From Marsupella aquatica (lineage: Eukaryota; Plantae; Marchantiophyta): DNA of 64,000 nt. The notes beneath the pieces are model-generated. The model was not told where the DNA came from. It was given only the letters and a program-made list of their open reading frames with translations, and ran no database searches. Positions 12,801 through 26,399 of this stretch are shown piece after piece. Numbering within the stretch: position 1 is the first letter of the stretch; every line of letters starts with the position of its first letter. Both the position numbers and the translations under genes were made by a program. The stretch is from contig OZ316895.1 in the NCBI GenBank assembly GCA_973895155.1, positions 7,118,184 to 7,182,183 of the forward strand, in the 5' to 3' direction.

Positions 12801-15437
12801 CATCTTCATAGGACTCAAGCTTCTGCTATTCTTTGTAAAGCAAAGCACTTGGTTCCGGGGCCACTATACAGATTTCTTTGTGTGACCCTCCTATGCAGTT
12901 CACTCCGGAGCTCTACTAGGCTATCCAGTTTTCTGCCTAATAGGGTTTTAGTCTACTTGGCTACTTAGTGGACTTTTAGTTCTTTTGTGGTTCCAAGGGA
13001 CTCTTGCTGGTTGGATCTCTTAGGTCATCTTTGTTAGGAATTGACTCAAGTTCCTGACTTTAGTTAGTCTGGCCTTACTAGGGTTAGTTGACCCTTGGTT
13101 AGTTTAAGATCAAATCCACTTATTTAAGCCCACACATATTAGTCCCCCTTGGGGGGGGGGGGGTATAGGTTGGAGGGAGAGCATCTTCTCTCTCATTCTT
13201 CACATGTATTTTCTCATGAATCATTCTTACAACCTTGGGGTCTTTCCCTTTTCCGTCTTTGGCCTTTGGGAATCTGCCTTCCGGTTTGGCACTTTCATAC
13301 TATGGCACCAAGCATTTTTTATGAAGAAAACATAGTCAAGATTTGGATCAGTTTATTATGAAGATCCTCTTCTACTTTTACTAAGATTAGTAAAATTTTA
13401 AAAATCTCTTAGGTCTTTGAGTGTATTAGGGCACACAATGCCCTGTAAAAACAGGACTTTAGTACACACATAACAAGTTGGTTTGTTCTCAATATTTGTC
13501 ATGTTCAGTAACACATTTTTTGTCTGATTTTATTTTAAAAAGTGAAATTAAATAATTATCCCCACAAGTTGCCAGATTCTGATATCTTGTTGGGGCTAAT
13601 TAAATTGGATTTATTTGCAGTAAATGACTAAGGTAGATTGCCACTCTTTCAACCAAGGCCAATCACAATAAGGTTGATCAGCGCAGCTCCTATGAGCAAA
13701 TATAAGGCAATGCATAGTCAGGGTGAATGTGGCACCATTTCTTGTCAGGGTGGAGAGTACACATGATTTCGTCGTGGCAGCTTTTCATGCCCGTGTTTGG
13801 GTGGCTGGCCGTGGTCCTTTCCAAGCTGTAGACTTTGTTTTTGGTGTTCTTGGGCCCCTATGAGCTTTTTGGCGTTGTGGCGGTTGGCTGATATGTGCCT
13901 TGGCCTTTGGGCCAGTTTTCTCCTTGCTCCACCGGTCTTTTGCTGCAGCAGTTAACCAAATTCACTTTTAATAAATTAAAATACAAAAAAAAAGATACTA
14001 TGAGTGATGGAAGGAGTGGGGAGCCCAGAAGAGAGGAAGATGGAGGAGGGGAAGATGGACACAGAAGGTGCTGGCTCGTTCCACCCCTTTTCCCAGTTTT
14101 CCCAGCGGCCTCTGGGTTGTTTCCTTGCCTTTTTTTATGCTTGCCACTTGGCAGGGTACTGTATAAGTTCCTTCTGTCAGCGCTGTCTTGTCTCTTCTTT
14201 GCTATTGTAGCCAACTCTTGGCCTTTTTGGCTCTGTGGTCTTATTAGGGGTTTTCCCTTGGGGTTCACCTCTCATTGGGACTCTTGTTTCCTGGTTTGGC
14301 ACTTTTCAGTTCTTTGGCAGTGAGATATATACTATGATGATTTGCCCACCAGAGGCTCTACAGATTGCCAAAATAAGTGCTTCTAAATTGACCCTGACAT
14401 CAATACCACTCAATTGCTATAAGGTCACTTCAGGTGGCCCCAAACTTAATTAACTTGGGTACTAGACCTTGGGAGAAAGAATGGATACAGTCTCACCTTC
14501 ACATTTTCTGTCTCACCTTCACTTCGTTTCTCACATTCTTTTCTTAGTCTGACCTCCACATTTTCTATGCAAGGCTGTCTGTGTTTCCTGTTACTCAAGA
14601 AAGTCCGGAAAACTTAGAGAAAGACCCCCAAATTGAAACTATACTTGATAGATCCCTAGAGCCAAAAAATTTACTTGATGAACCCAAGAGTGATCCCAAC
14701 CTTAAATCGCCACTAGCCATATATTAGGAGAAGTGTCCAAGACTTCTCTCTTTTTCATATTCTCCTCCTCTCCCCTGCCCTTTTGCTCCAAGCCTCTCCA
14801 AGCTCCACAATTTCAGAGAAACAGTACTATTTATGGTGAGACCTGGTACATCCAGGTTTTGTCATGGCTAGTGATGGTTTAAATCAACTTAACCAAAACC
14901 TCCATCAAGTAACACTTCAATCTTGGGGATCTAGAATCAACCGTATCCAAAACGTCGGCTTCCTTGTGCTTAGGTCTTGCTTCTCTCCTCGTTCCGGCCT
15001 CTTTGGCTTTTGGGCACCACGACCCCGGTCCACCCCGGGTGCTGACCCCCTTTTGTGGGCCAACCATGTTGTATGCTGGCTTTTTTAATTGAATTTCAAT
15101 TGGTTTTTTCAAGGCCAAAAAAAAACAATACATCAGGCGTCCATCAAATAGCACTTTTCAATTTAGTGGTCCATCAAGTAACCCTTTTCAATTTAGGGGG
15201 GTCTCGGTAACTGCACATCAAAATATGACATATACGATGCCCTTGCATACTGTGATAATCCACATTTTGATTACCAACAGGGAATTTAGGGTCTATCAAG
15301 TATATCTGTGCATTCGAATATGGATTTGGATTCAAGTATATCACAGAATTGTCGTTTGTACTTCTGTTAGGATTTCGCGTTAGGAGGTGACAGTCTCCAT
15401 TGTTTAGGAATGAACGGGATCTGCAATTTGTTCGAGG

Positions 15438-15549
15438 GATTTTGGAAGATTAATATCGATTGGCAATGCTGTTACGTGAAACTTGAATCCTTGATTTTGG
15501 AAGATGTTACTATCGATTGGCAATGCTGTTCGTGAGACTTGAATCCTTC
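15438..15549. repeat. ~55 bp tandem duplication upstream of the Cx9C gene ATG
   Basis: gattttggaagat...tatcgattggcaatgctgtt.cgtga.acttgaatcctt occurs twice. Confidence 0.75.
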
Positions 15550-15675
15550 TTTCAGTGGAGATAGGGTCTGAGACTTGTCTTCGTCTGAAGCTGGGTGCAT
15601 CGTCGGGGAGTTTCCTGAGTTGAGGTTCAGTTCAGTAGGCCTCGCAACCTCTGTCTTTCTTCCAATTATAGAGAA

Positions 15676-17315
15676 ATGGATACCGAGGGGCAAGAGGGAA
15701 CGGAGGAGACCATTTTTACGGGGGATGACTTGATGACTGGGCCACCATCTCCCCTGGTTCCACCCGAGCTGGCACCGCAGATTCTGGATGGCGTAGAGCT
15801 CTGCTCTTCGCACCTCCGCAAGCTGTTCGAGTGTGAGTGTGAATTTTACTTTTGGTTGCTTTAATTTTTGGCTAGGTCCAAGATTACGCCCAGTTTCAGT
15901 TCTGCAGAATGATATGGGAAGAAGCACTAGTGGACGACTTGGTTATGAGCCAAGGCGCACTCCATTAGGAGAAATTTGCTAGGATCTAAGGGTTTAGGGT
16001 TTTGGGGAAATCTCTGTTCTCGGGGTAGATAAAATTGAAGTCAATTGTGGCCAACAGTTTGAAGTTTTTAATGTTCTTGAATTGAAGCATCAATTGTATC
16101 AGTTTGTTGAATGGGTTGGGTCTCCTTTCATAGGTCTCCACAAGAATGACATAGAACCGTTCTGCCAGGACGAGATTCTAATTTACCATCGTTGTTCCCA
16201 AAACAGGGTAATTTGAAACCCTCGCCCTGCTGAGATTGAAGTTTTTTGGCTGATCACGTTTAGTTAATGCGACGTCCTCCATTGTAATGTTGAGCTCGAG
16301 AGCAGTACTAGTCCAATTGACGTTGCGAACCACGTAGATCCGGTACTTCAGAGCTTTAAATTGCTGAAGGATTTCCAATTTCTCACAGGGTTCTGTTTAG
16401 CAGGATGCTACTGTGAGGAAAAAGATGTTTAAAGCAGAAGAAACTCTTGGGCGAGTGCTTCCAGATGATCTACTGCAAGAGCGTGTGGCCAAGATAAAGG
16501 CTGATATGACACTTTTGGAAAGGTCAGCCCCCAGCTCTGTCAGACTCTGCTCGAATTGAACTTGGGAGTTAGAATAATTGCTGATTATTGCCTTGTTGGG
16601 GACACGTAGACGCTTTCTTCTTGCGAGCGGGGTAGAAGGCGTGGAAGGGTTTCGCCAGCGCTGGACCTTGAATGGTCAGTTACTCGACACGAAGTAAGTT
16701 CTATGTCTCTCTTGCACTTCTCTCTCTCTTCCGGTAACAAATTGAGGGAATGAATAACTTATGACATTTTCTTCGTAAGTAGAAAGTCACACAAATTTCC
16801 CGCCTAGCGTAAGAACATTGTCCTTAAGTAGTGTTTCTTCTCAACTGCGCAGCATGCAGATCCTATATTACCATCTTCGCCGTTAGTTCGCTACATTCCG
16901 CTCAACACCATGTCGTGAAGATCTATGAGTGCTTCTAATGCATAGTCTGACACGCTACTCTCATAAACAGGAACGCTTGTTAATTACACGCTTCGTTTTC
17001 GTGTCATTTGTATGTTTAGAATGGATTGTGGAGAAGCAGTGGTAGTGTCTCATCACTAATGTTGGCTAAAAAGCACTCCATGCCATAAGTCCCCCAAGTG
17101 CTATTGATGTGAACTACGAAGGCAGTTAGTAAGTCAACAACAGGGAGAGAAGAGCATATACTGATCAGTATTACAAACTGTGTCTAAGACTCTTTCTAAA
17201 TCGGCTTTGCGCACGTGACTGCAGATATAGGATGGAAAGTCTTGAAAAGGGTGTGACTAGCAAGCAGCAAGAAAAACCAGCCCCTTCTCGAAAGGCGTGG
17301 TGGCATGTTTGGTGA
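15676..17315 (+). CDS. twin Cx9C (CHCH / Cmc1-like) conserved plant protein, 5 exons, 174 aa
   Basis: Exons 15676-15832, 16134-16207, 16404-16522, 16610-16693, 17225-17315, all GT-AG and in phase. Protein: MDTEG..GDDLMTGPPSPLVPPE..ELC-SSHLRKLFE-C-LHKNDIEPF-C-QDEILIYHR-C..ASGVEGVEGFRQRWTLNG..KAWWHVW*. Two Cx9C motifs; matches my recollection of Arabidopsis At5g16060-type proteins. Confidence 0.88.
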
Positions 17316-18731
17316 TGCACCAAGAACGGATTTAGACTTTGCGCATTTTATCTTCGCTCACTCAAAGTTGGGAAGCGTACTTCTCGTAAAATTCTCAAAT
17401 TTCACCATCTAAAGTGAGCACCGTGTCGTGATAGATTTCCATGGGGGTATGTAAGATTTCTGTTGGTATTCATGGATCAATTCTCGAAGTACTCTCCCTG
17501 CCTCACATGTAGATGGGAAGGGGTATTCGGGTTTAGAATTTAGGGTTTAGGGATACACCACTCCATTTTGTATTGGAGCAATGGATATGATGGAATATCA
17601 GTCCCCATTCAGCGACCGGCTTGGTCTCACAGGGATAACCGAATTTCGCTACATGAAGTAAGTCAGACCAAATTGGTCTGATTGGGCTTGATGTAGCCGT
17701 CGATTTACACAATTCACTTTGTTGAAGAGCTGTCACCAACCCTCAATGCGGAAAGCAATTCTAAAGGAGCGCAAACTGAGGTGGCCAAAAGTGGGAGCAT
17801 ACCAATCTCGACATTTCAGATGGCAAGTTTCGGTACTAAGATAATACACTCTGTTTCATGTGCGAGTCTGTCTAATTGAGCAATACTCGCTAGCGAGGGG
17901 TATGGAACATGGTCTCCATGTGGGATATCCTGATGGTACAAGGACATATGTAAGTATCGGCGAGAGGTGAAAACAACATGCGAATAACGAGTTGTAGCCG
18001 AATTGTATTTCAAGGAGAGATCAGTGTCTGAATAGCTGGATGAGTAATACGCATTTCACATTCATAAGATGTAAATGAGAACTCGGATTGCATCTTTTTT
18101 GTTCCATTAGCGGGTGTGCTTTTTCCCTCATCTACTGGATAGGTTAATGATATGTCTACAACGGCTCTGCCGGCCCCTGCTAAGGATCCCAGAGCTTATC
18201 TTTTCACAATTCACATTCATAAGAACCATATGAAAGGATGTCAATTTAGATCGAGATGCATCTCGGCTTGCTCACCATGCTATTATCAGTCTGCCAAGTT
18301 AGTTGTTGCGACAGCAGGAGGAAACAACTTCGAGGGACATGTTTTTCCAAACATACATTATCACATTGGCATAAAGCAAGAACACTTGGATTTCAGGGAC
18401 AGCAGACACTGAATGCACATGGATTGACAGTTCTTGAACATCGAGCTTGGCCATCTTTAGTTTGCATCAAATAATGAACAATACGAGCTGAGACCCAAGT
18501 GTGGATCACTATGGAATTTACAGTGCAGCCCTTATTTCCAATGGCGGTGTGTATCCTTTTCACAACTACTAAATTCACTCTCATTTTAGTAGCATTGCCT
18601 GGCAGACTTATTCACAACGAGCTGAATGCGGGGGAATTGTGACTGTCAGAACTTTAAATTGCCCCTAGGAGAGACGACAGGAAGATGTTGCTGTTGAGAT
18701 GGATTGAACCCGTGATTAGTGACATCACCCA

Positions 18732-21700
18732 TCACTGAGGCAGGCCGGGTGGAATAAGGATTTCGCTAATCCCGTGAATAACTAATTGCCCCTCAACTTT
18801 ATACATGTCAGGATTGACGATGACCGCATTGTTTGGCCCGACCAGAATTTGCTTTTGAGTGGGAGTTACTTGCAAATTGAAGCCAGAGATTGTTGTAAGG
18901 TTTTGGACTGAACCCGACAACTGGGTGCTGTCGTAGTATCCCTTCGCGACGTGAAATTCTGCGACTGGTAGCACTTTATCTGTCCCATAAATCAGGTAAA
19001 TTGTGTTAACCGGAATAGTATAGTAAGCGTAATTGATGGGAAGAAAAACTGTCACTGTCTGGTCCGGGAGTCCAGCAAGGTCCGAGTCCAAATTAACAGC
19101 TTGCAACAGGCCAATAGACTCGGCATAGTCTGGTACGGTAATCAAAGCACTGTAAGCCGTCTCCAGTTGGCTAACTGCACCACCTAGAACTACACCCGTC
19201 CCTGCAACCAAAAGACATGCCACTTCAGTGTGAAAGTAAAGTTTCTCAGCTTTCGATCTACAGCTGATAGACATACGAGTCTTATATAGACTGATATTCT
19301 CCCTTGCAGTGTTGGTAGAGCCTTACCAGATTTCAATGTCCTAGCCCTGAGAACAATGACTGAGCGAACTTGAAAAGTGGAAAAAACCAAAGAATTGGAC
19401 AATGAATTAGGCTGGAAGGCTGGCTGTATAACTTACCAGGAGCGGGAGCAGGAGCAGGTGCTCTCAAGCTGTTTTGATACAACCACGATTGAAGTGTGGT
19501 TGCTCCAATCACATATCCAGGTTGGCTGTAGAACAGGTCAACCACATGCTTCCAAGTGCTTTCCACTGGGTGCACCGAATCCCAGTATACATACTTCACT
19601 GGGTCGTGACAAAGTGTGTAAAGAGGATTGCCCAGTGAATCTGTAGAACCACAGTAAACTGATGCATTGAGAGGTTTGCAGCATGGGGTAAGCACCTCCG
19701 TGATTCCTGTTCAGCAACATGACTCATTAGTCCGAGCAAGTTAATACCATATTTTTCTGCACATGACATGTTTGGATACCCCTATTTGCTTCGTCTTAAT
19801 CTACATGTAAAGTTCATTGAAACTAAACATTTGAAGAACAACTCAAAATTGGGCCGAGCAAGATGAAATCCCTCGTTTGTAGATTGATAATATGCATGTT
19901 CAGATTGCAGTCAAGAAAGTGAAGGAAGCAGTACTATGAGACAAGCACATCCAATTGTCCTACATTCAAGTATTCCGGTTCAAAACTGATACCTTCCTAT
20001 TATTGTCAAACCGCCTTACGAAATTGAAATCTGGACTTGCTGTAAGCACTCACCATATCCATTGGTGTTGTTGAATACGTAAGTGAAAGCTTCCAACTCT
20101 TTAAGTATAAGGAAGTTTGCATTAGGGAGCGTGTTCAACTTTTCAACCGACTGTAGCAGAAGGTTGTTGTGAAACGCAAGCAGAGGCGCTAAAGTCGTAT
20201 CACAAGTAGTGTAATTAAACTTTACTGTTATTTGAGGAACGCAGTTGATAGGAGGCAGATTCGCGACAAGTATATTTCTGAGTCCCAAATCGTATAGACG
20301 CCCCAAGGTTAGCGTCAGTCCTTCCACCACTTCTTGAATAACCACCACTAGCTCCTGTAACCAACCAATCACAACAAACAAAGAAAACATTACACGATTG
20401 AATTGCCATCCTCCCAGAAGAAGGCCAAGCAACTCTAGCTACAGGGAGAAGAGGCTTCTCCGTGAATATACATAAGCTGGGAGCGCTTTTGTAATCCGAA
20501 TGAATTGTCACAAGGCATGCTTTTTTCATAATTTTCTACAGTAACAACAGCGAGAGAAAATATGGTGCTCACATCAGTCTACTGTGCCACAACTCAGCGG
20601 TAACAATTTTCTGGAAACTTCCAGACACTTGGGAGAGATCTAATTGACTTCAAAGGTCAAGTAAACCAAGAAAAGCATCGGCATGTAAAATCTAACAAAG
20701 CTTAAGATTCCATATTGAATCTAGTGGTGATTCTACAGATGTTCCATCATTCTCTGCTTTCGTTGCCCATCAAATCCATTGAAGTTTGAATAAGAAATGT
20801 TCCACTATAACCTCAGATCAAGAACTCAGTGATTCAACGGTTTTCGTTCTAATGTTTATGAGTATTCCTCTGGACGGGGTGCTAAGTTCGACCCTCTCCT
20901 GTCACAGTAGTTGGATTCGGATGACGTTTCACAGAATTAGAAATGTCTTTTGGAACGTGAGTTAAGCCTCATTCAATCCCCGTCAGATTAGACATTTCAT
21001 TCGTCATGATTAGAGAACTACGACAATTGCAGGAGTCAGTGTTGGATGACCTACCTGCGGTGTGTAATTGGCATCGTAGTCGTTGCCAACATTGCTCACG
21101 AGGGTGACGGAGTCGGCCAAGAATGCTGGCGAGTATGCCCCCGTCCGCAACACCAGCTCAAAATTGTCCACCTGGGTGCTCAGCGGCAGCATGCCCAGTG
21201 CATAGGTCAGTCCGCTCCCGCCAAGTGCAAAGTTCACCCCTGTCGCAAAGCTCTGGTTTGCGATATCCACATACGGCGTAGGCGACGGCAAGCCGAGCTT
21301 GTCGGCTGCACCACAACACAAGTCCGATCAATGACATTATTATCCATACTCCGCAATCCCTCAGTTTCCGTGCACAAATGACAATACATCATAAACCTCT
21401 AATGTTCAGGAGTCTACGCCTCTAACGGCTCGTGAGCAATCCTTCCGTCCCGATTTGTCTGCTTATTGAATGATCCTTCTGTTCCTGTTTGTGTCATTCT
21501 GGCCATTTTTTGGTCGTGCATATATCCCCTCAATTCATGTCATCCATCTGTAGTACTGTTTATCCAATTCAACTCTAGTATAACTATGCTCGGGCAAGTC
21601 CATCGTCCTCCATCCAAAACGTTGGATTCAGAACAGACTGATCAAGTCATCGTCTGTCAACCCTTCCGTCCTTTGACCCACTCCAGAACAAATTACCACC

Positions 21701-23061
21701 TCCTGAGAGACTGCATAGGCATCCTCGTCAAAAGCTAGAGCAGAGAGTCCAACCAAGAACTGAACTAACTTAACCGCGGATCCGTTAAGGTGGTCTGTGC
21801 ACCGCAACCGCTCTAGTGTGAGGGGCATTCTTTCGTTCAGTACAAGAGACGATCGAGCAAATAAAGTCGTCCTCGACAGACGGGAAGAGTCAAACGGTTT
21901 CCAATTGAGTGGATGCCACTCTCTCGCTATCTCTTAAATAAATCATCTGGGAGATTCTTCTCAATTGGACCCGCCGATTATTGAAGTCCCTCGCAGCTCC
22001 CGTGGCCAGTATTGCTGCTGATATAATTATGGAGCCTTGAACCTGCAGAAAAGGAGGGCTTGGATTCTGGAGACACTTCACCTGAAGCTGTGAAATTTTA
22101 CTTTATTCTCCGACTTTTGAACCAGCCCGGGAACCAGCAGGAAAGATCGCCCTTCTCGGGCAGCCCGAGCACTTGATCGTCTACCAACGGGAAGAAGAAT
22201 AGATTCTAGACCTGATTGCGATTGAGTGTAGTTTCTGATAAATAATTGCCGCAAATGCTCTGACCTGATAAACCTCAGCTTACGAAACCCTTTCATTGGT
22301 GCTTTGTCTAGAGAATAAGTGTCTTCGCTGATCATTCCCTTACGTGTCACAACCGAACCCGCCTTCAATGATTAGGCAAGTGCAACCGAATTTTGCAAAT
22401 CTTCAAAATTCTGACCCGCTATTTCTTTGACCGAAGACCAGGATCGGAGGAGTTTCGACATGCTTACCGAGATAATCAGTCTGTACATGCCCGTTGCCGT
22501 AGCGGCCCGTGGGGTATCCTGGCCAAGTGATGCCGTAAGGAGAGTTCCAGGGGGAAAATTTGTGGTTTTGGTTCCCTGTGTCTGCGTACGAATCTCCGAA
22601 GCCAAATAAAGCACTCGGCTTAGGTGGAGCTCCCGTGGTTGTCCCTGTCAACCAACACCAACCCACCAGACAACGAAGAGAGAAATTAAGCCATACAATC
22701 CTATGTCCAACAGACAAATTCATGATGCAAAGAGAGAATTAGAAAGTTTTTTAAAGTCTATTCACATTCAGCCAATTATTTCGCTGCAAATTTGTCAGCT
22801 TGCCCAACACCTGTTAGTAGTGATGAATTGTCGGTCTTAGCCTGACTTACGTGTGAATCCGTTCGAAACGAGAAACGAGGGAAAAATCTCTATTACTCTC
22901 TACACACTACACTCGTGCTGAGATGTGGATTCTACTCTGACGAAATGCTCCGACTGACAATCGACTAACTAGTGAGGTCGACGGGGTTGCTGGTGAGAGG
23001 GTCAACCTGCAATCGAGAGGACGACGAGAAGAAACATCAATCCTGCTTTCAATCTCCCCAT
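18732..23061 (-). CDS. secreted GDSL esterase/lipase-fasciclin (FAS1) fusion protein, paralog 1, 507 aa
   Basis: Exons 23061-23007 (signal peptide MGRLKAGLMFLLVVLSIA), 22644-22468 (FGDSYADTGN), 21305-21055 (GVNFALGGSG, GNDY), 20354-20054, 19706-19437 (WDSVHP; ends APAPAPAP with a G|GTAAGT donor), 19201-18732 (FAS1: TVFLPIN, EFHV, VIHGISEILIP). The GDSL part resembles the At5g03610-like clade. Confidence 0.9.
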
Positions 23062-23134
23062 CGTATCTAGCCTTCACGAATAATGGGTGGTCTTGTTTTC
23101 ACAGATCACAAAGGAAGTTTGGATAGTGACCGCC

Positions 23135-23141
23135 TATATAT
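23135..23141 (-). promoter_or_regulatory. candidate TATA box of GDSL-FAS1 paralog 1
   Basis: ATATATA on the - strand, ~75 bp upstream of ATG 23061. Confidence 0.4.
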
Positions 23142-25044
23142 CCACGATTGATCCTTCCCTGTCGAGATTACTGTAACCCACTACAGTCGAACACCTGTTT
23201 CGATGGTATATACTAACAGCAGTCGATCTGTAACACGAGTATCTTACAGGTCCACGAGCACAATCATGGGTGCAGTGTCCCGAGAGCTATTTTAAGCAGA
23301 ATGATGGAAAGTGCTCGAAACTTGCTCACTTGCCGAGATCCGCTATCGATCTGGGATATATATATAAACAGCGGCGCTTCTCAGGATCAGCTCGACAATT
23401 GAAGCTTTGTCATTTAAAAGAGCACAGTGGCATCCACTGGTGGCTTTAATGTACAAGTTAACTGCGCCCATATACTTTGCTAGCTAGCGTTGAAAAAGCA
23501 CCGTCATGGATGCACGCTGGACCGGCTGCAGCTGCAGCTGCTCCAGAAACCAGAAACCAGGAACCAGTGCCTAGTCATGGGTCAATTGGCGATGCGAGAA
23601 CTCTGCCCATTTCTATTCAAAGTCCGAAATAAATATCCTTCTCGGATTGGCAGGCTTTACCCATTCCGGCACTCTACTTTTTCACTTGCACCCTGCCAGG
23701 ACAAGATTGCATGTATTCTCATCCGCCCATTCCAGGAATCCTGGTTCCAGATGGCGGGGTATTGCTCTTCTTTTCTTACAAGCTTCGTTAATCTCTCACT
23801 GTTATCAGCACGGTCGGCTGCACGCATGCAATCCGAAAAGGAGGCTTGGATCGAGGTAGAACAAGCCAGAAATTCCCGTCATTTCGCCTCGCAAGAAGGC
23901 AGAAAGGAGGCTGTTCGAGTTTCAAAAGAATCCTCTGCAGTCTGCGCTAGTAACTGGTAATGCTTGTAGGGGCCGGATCGAGGGGAATCATCCAAAAGTA
24001 GGAGAGGACAAAATAAAGCAGTCGGCTGGACAATCTTCTGGCATCGTCGACACTTTCCCACGTCGAGTCTCCTTCTCTGACTCCGACAAGGGGGCTGTCT
24101 CTCTTTGGAAGCATTGCTGGCACAGCGAATAGATGTGGCGGCGGCGGAACATATGAGCACCACAGCATCATAGTGGGCACAGTCAGTCATTCGGCTAGCT
24201 ATGGCAGTATGGCTGCTGTAGTCTTGACCAGCAATTCCAGTTACGCGTTTAATCCACTCTCTCCACAGCATGAGAAACTTACTGTCCCACGCGGTGTGAA
24301 GGTGGCTCCTGTAAAGATCTTGACAAACCTGCTGGGCCCGCCCGACATCCTGCCAGCCAGCCAAGTAGCCAAGTAGCCAATGAACCAGCTCGATCATCTC
24401 CTACACTCCCACCATATCTTGAAAGCAGCGAAAAGCCGGAATTCTATCATCCGCCAAAGTAGAAAACCAGTCAGATGGATCATGCGAGGTTGGCCAACGT
24501 ACGAAGCTCAGAAACATGTGAAACACGATATATGACATCGAAGGAGGAATAGCGTAGACTCGAGTAACTATTACCAGAAAGAACCATGGAACGAACTCCA
24601 AAGCTCTCGTGAGGAGAAAGTAGTGGCGCTCTAGTAGGTTGCGACTGAGGTCAATGCATGATTGTTGATTTGTTGTGGAAGGACAGGTGGGAGTGGATGG
24701 ACGGCGGAGATCCGAATATTTACAGCAACAGTGGAATGTTCCACAGCAAAAGGGAGGAGGAGCTAAGGAGGAGGAGCAGCAGGTGGGATTCTTTCTTCGA
24801 GGCAACGCATCGAAGAAAGACAAATTGCTAGAGTAGCACGATATCGTTGTTGGCAGGATTTCTGTAAGAGGAAGCTGGACGAGAAAGATCACCTTCCTCT
24901 ACGCTCACCAGTGTTTCATGGACCCTAGTCAGAGGCAACATTGTTGGAATGCTTGTCTTAGTGTTTTGTGGCCCATTAGTGCCGTGTCAACTGTCAAGCT
25001 TTATTTTGTTGGAAGTATCAGCCCATAGTGATTTTGTCCTGACA

Positions 25045-25240
25045 ATGTTTTGTGTCCTGAGAGTGGTAACTGAGTTACAACTGTGTTTTGACACGCACTA
25101 TTGAATTTACTCAAGCCTATGTTTTGTGTCCTGAGAGTGGTAACTGAGTTACAACTGTAGTTACAACTGTGTTTTGACACGCACTATTGAATGTAGTTAC
25201 AACTGTGTTTTGACACGCACTATTGAATTTCCTCAAGCCT
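25045..25240. repeat. nested tandem duplications (~74 bp unit plus sub-repeats)
   Basis: atgttttgtgtcctgagagtggtaactgagttacaactgt occurs twice; gttacaactgtgttttgacacgcactattgaat occurs three times. Confidence 0.85.
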
Positions 25241-25906
25241 GGTGGTGACCACATTATGACAATCTATAGAGTCAAACCTGGACCATTGATTTTGGTGATA
25301 ATCATTAAACTATTTAAAAAGCTCTCTGTAGCATTCACAACCCACTTCACCTGGTAGCAAATGTGCAAACGTTTTCATAGAAGGGAAACACTTGTGCACA
25401 GGTCTACTTGTTGTTAGATATTGCTCTAGTCTTGTGATTATTGTGCTAACCACAGTTAGGCTAACTTGGGTTAAGACCTAGCTAAGGTTAACGGTAGTGT
25501 TGTTGTGCATATAGCTAGGGCTGATGCCAGACCCTGGTGAAACTTAGGCTCATTGTTACGGAGCTAGTTGAGAGATAGGGAGAGCTTGTGCTGTGGATGC
25601 TTGGTATGACCGGTCGGCCTAGAGTGCAGTAAAGCTCTTGTGTGTTCCCGTGGACGTAGCCTCATGTGGAGGTGAACCACGTATCTCTCTGTGTCGACTA
25701 TTGTGCGTTGGATGGTTCATGGGCTTGCCGTTGCGAATGTCGTCTATGCTCAACACTTGTATCCTATGGCAAGAGTACTCCAGACCAAAATTCTTTTGAA
25801 ATGAAATTAAATAAATGCAAATCAGTTTCAAGAAGGAGCCAAAATTTAGAAATGGGAAATGGTCAATTCTAGACATATACTAGGGCCAGATGCTTGCAGT
25901 GTAGGA

Positions 25907-26047
25907 TGATTGGGTATTAAACACCAGACCTAAAGGGCCTTGAGTTAATGTAATGTTATATACGGTGTTACATTGTTGATTGGGTATTAAACACCAGACC
26001 TAAAGGGCCTTGAGTTAATGTAATGTTATATACGGTGTTACATTGTT
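25907..26047. repeat. perfect 70-bp tandem duplication
   Basis: tgattgggtattaaacaccagacc...tacggtgttacattgt starts at both 25907 and 25977. Confidence 0.95.
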
Positions 26048-26220
26048 CAGGAGCCTACTCAGGTTACTTTGTCCTATTGAGATTTTTGATATGTATACTT
26101 TTTGTTTCAATTTGGTTTAGGCAAAATGTATCATTTGTATTTTTTGACTTTGAAATTATTTTTATCCTCTCTTAATGGTTTTTTTTTTTGGGTAGAAAGG
26201 GAAGAGTCAGCCACAATAGT

Positions 26221-26399
26221 TGAGTACATATGAATGAATTCCAATGAACAAAGTCAATCTACATGAGATTTATCATGGGCATTAGCTCTATGTATTAATG
26301 AGAAATACACTACAACTAAATTTCACATTGAATTGAGATATGTTCTTGTTGCAGGGCCAGATTTACCTCGCGGAGGTGCATCTAGCGAGCTTGAGGAAG
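26221..26399 (+). repeat. inverted ~179-bp copy of the intron 5/exon 6 junction of GDSL-FAS1 paralog 2 (28748-28925)
   Basis: Manual reverse-complement alignment to 28925-28748 shows 7 substitutions and 1 indel (~95% identity). Confidence 0.95.

Noticed and set aside
13858-14323. Opposing ~140-aa ORFs between TERT and the Cx9C gene
   Set aside because: Low-complexity purine/pyrimidine-skewed sequence with no domain; probably transposon-derived non-coding DNA.
17530-17927. Possible telomerase RNA gene near TERT: USE-like ATCCCACATGG on the - strand at ~17917-17927 and a template-like CCCTAAACCCTAAA at ~17539-17552
   Set aside because: No TATA box ~25 bp after the USE, a T4 Pol III terminator-like run (~17787-17790) lies before the template, and the template is ~370 nt away. 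More likely an interstitial telo-box.
23490-24900. Overlapping 150-170 aa ORFs and exon-like fragments between the GDSL-FAS1 paralogs
   Set aside because: No consistent spliced model or recognisable domain; likely decayed transposon or intergenic sequence.
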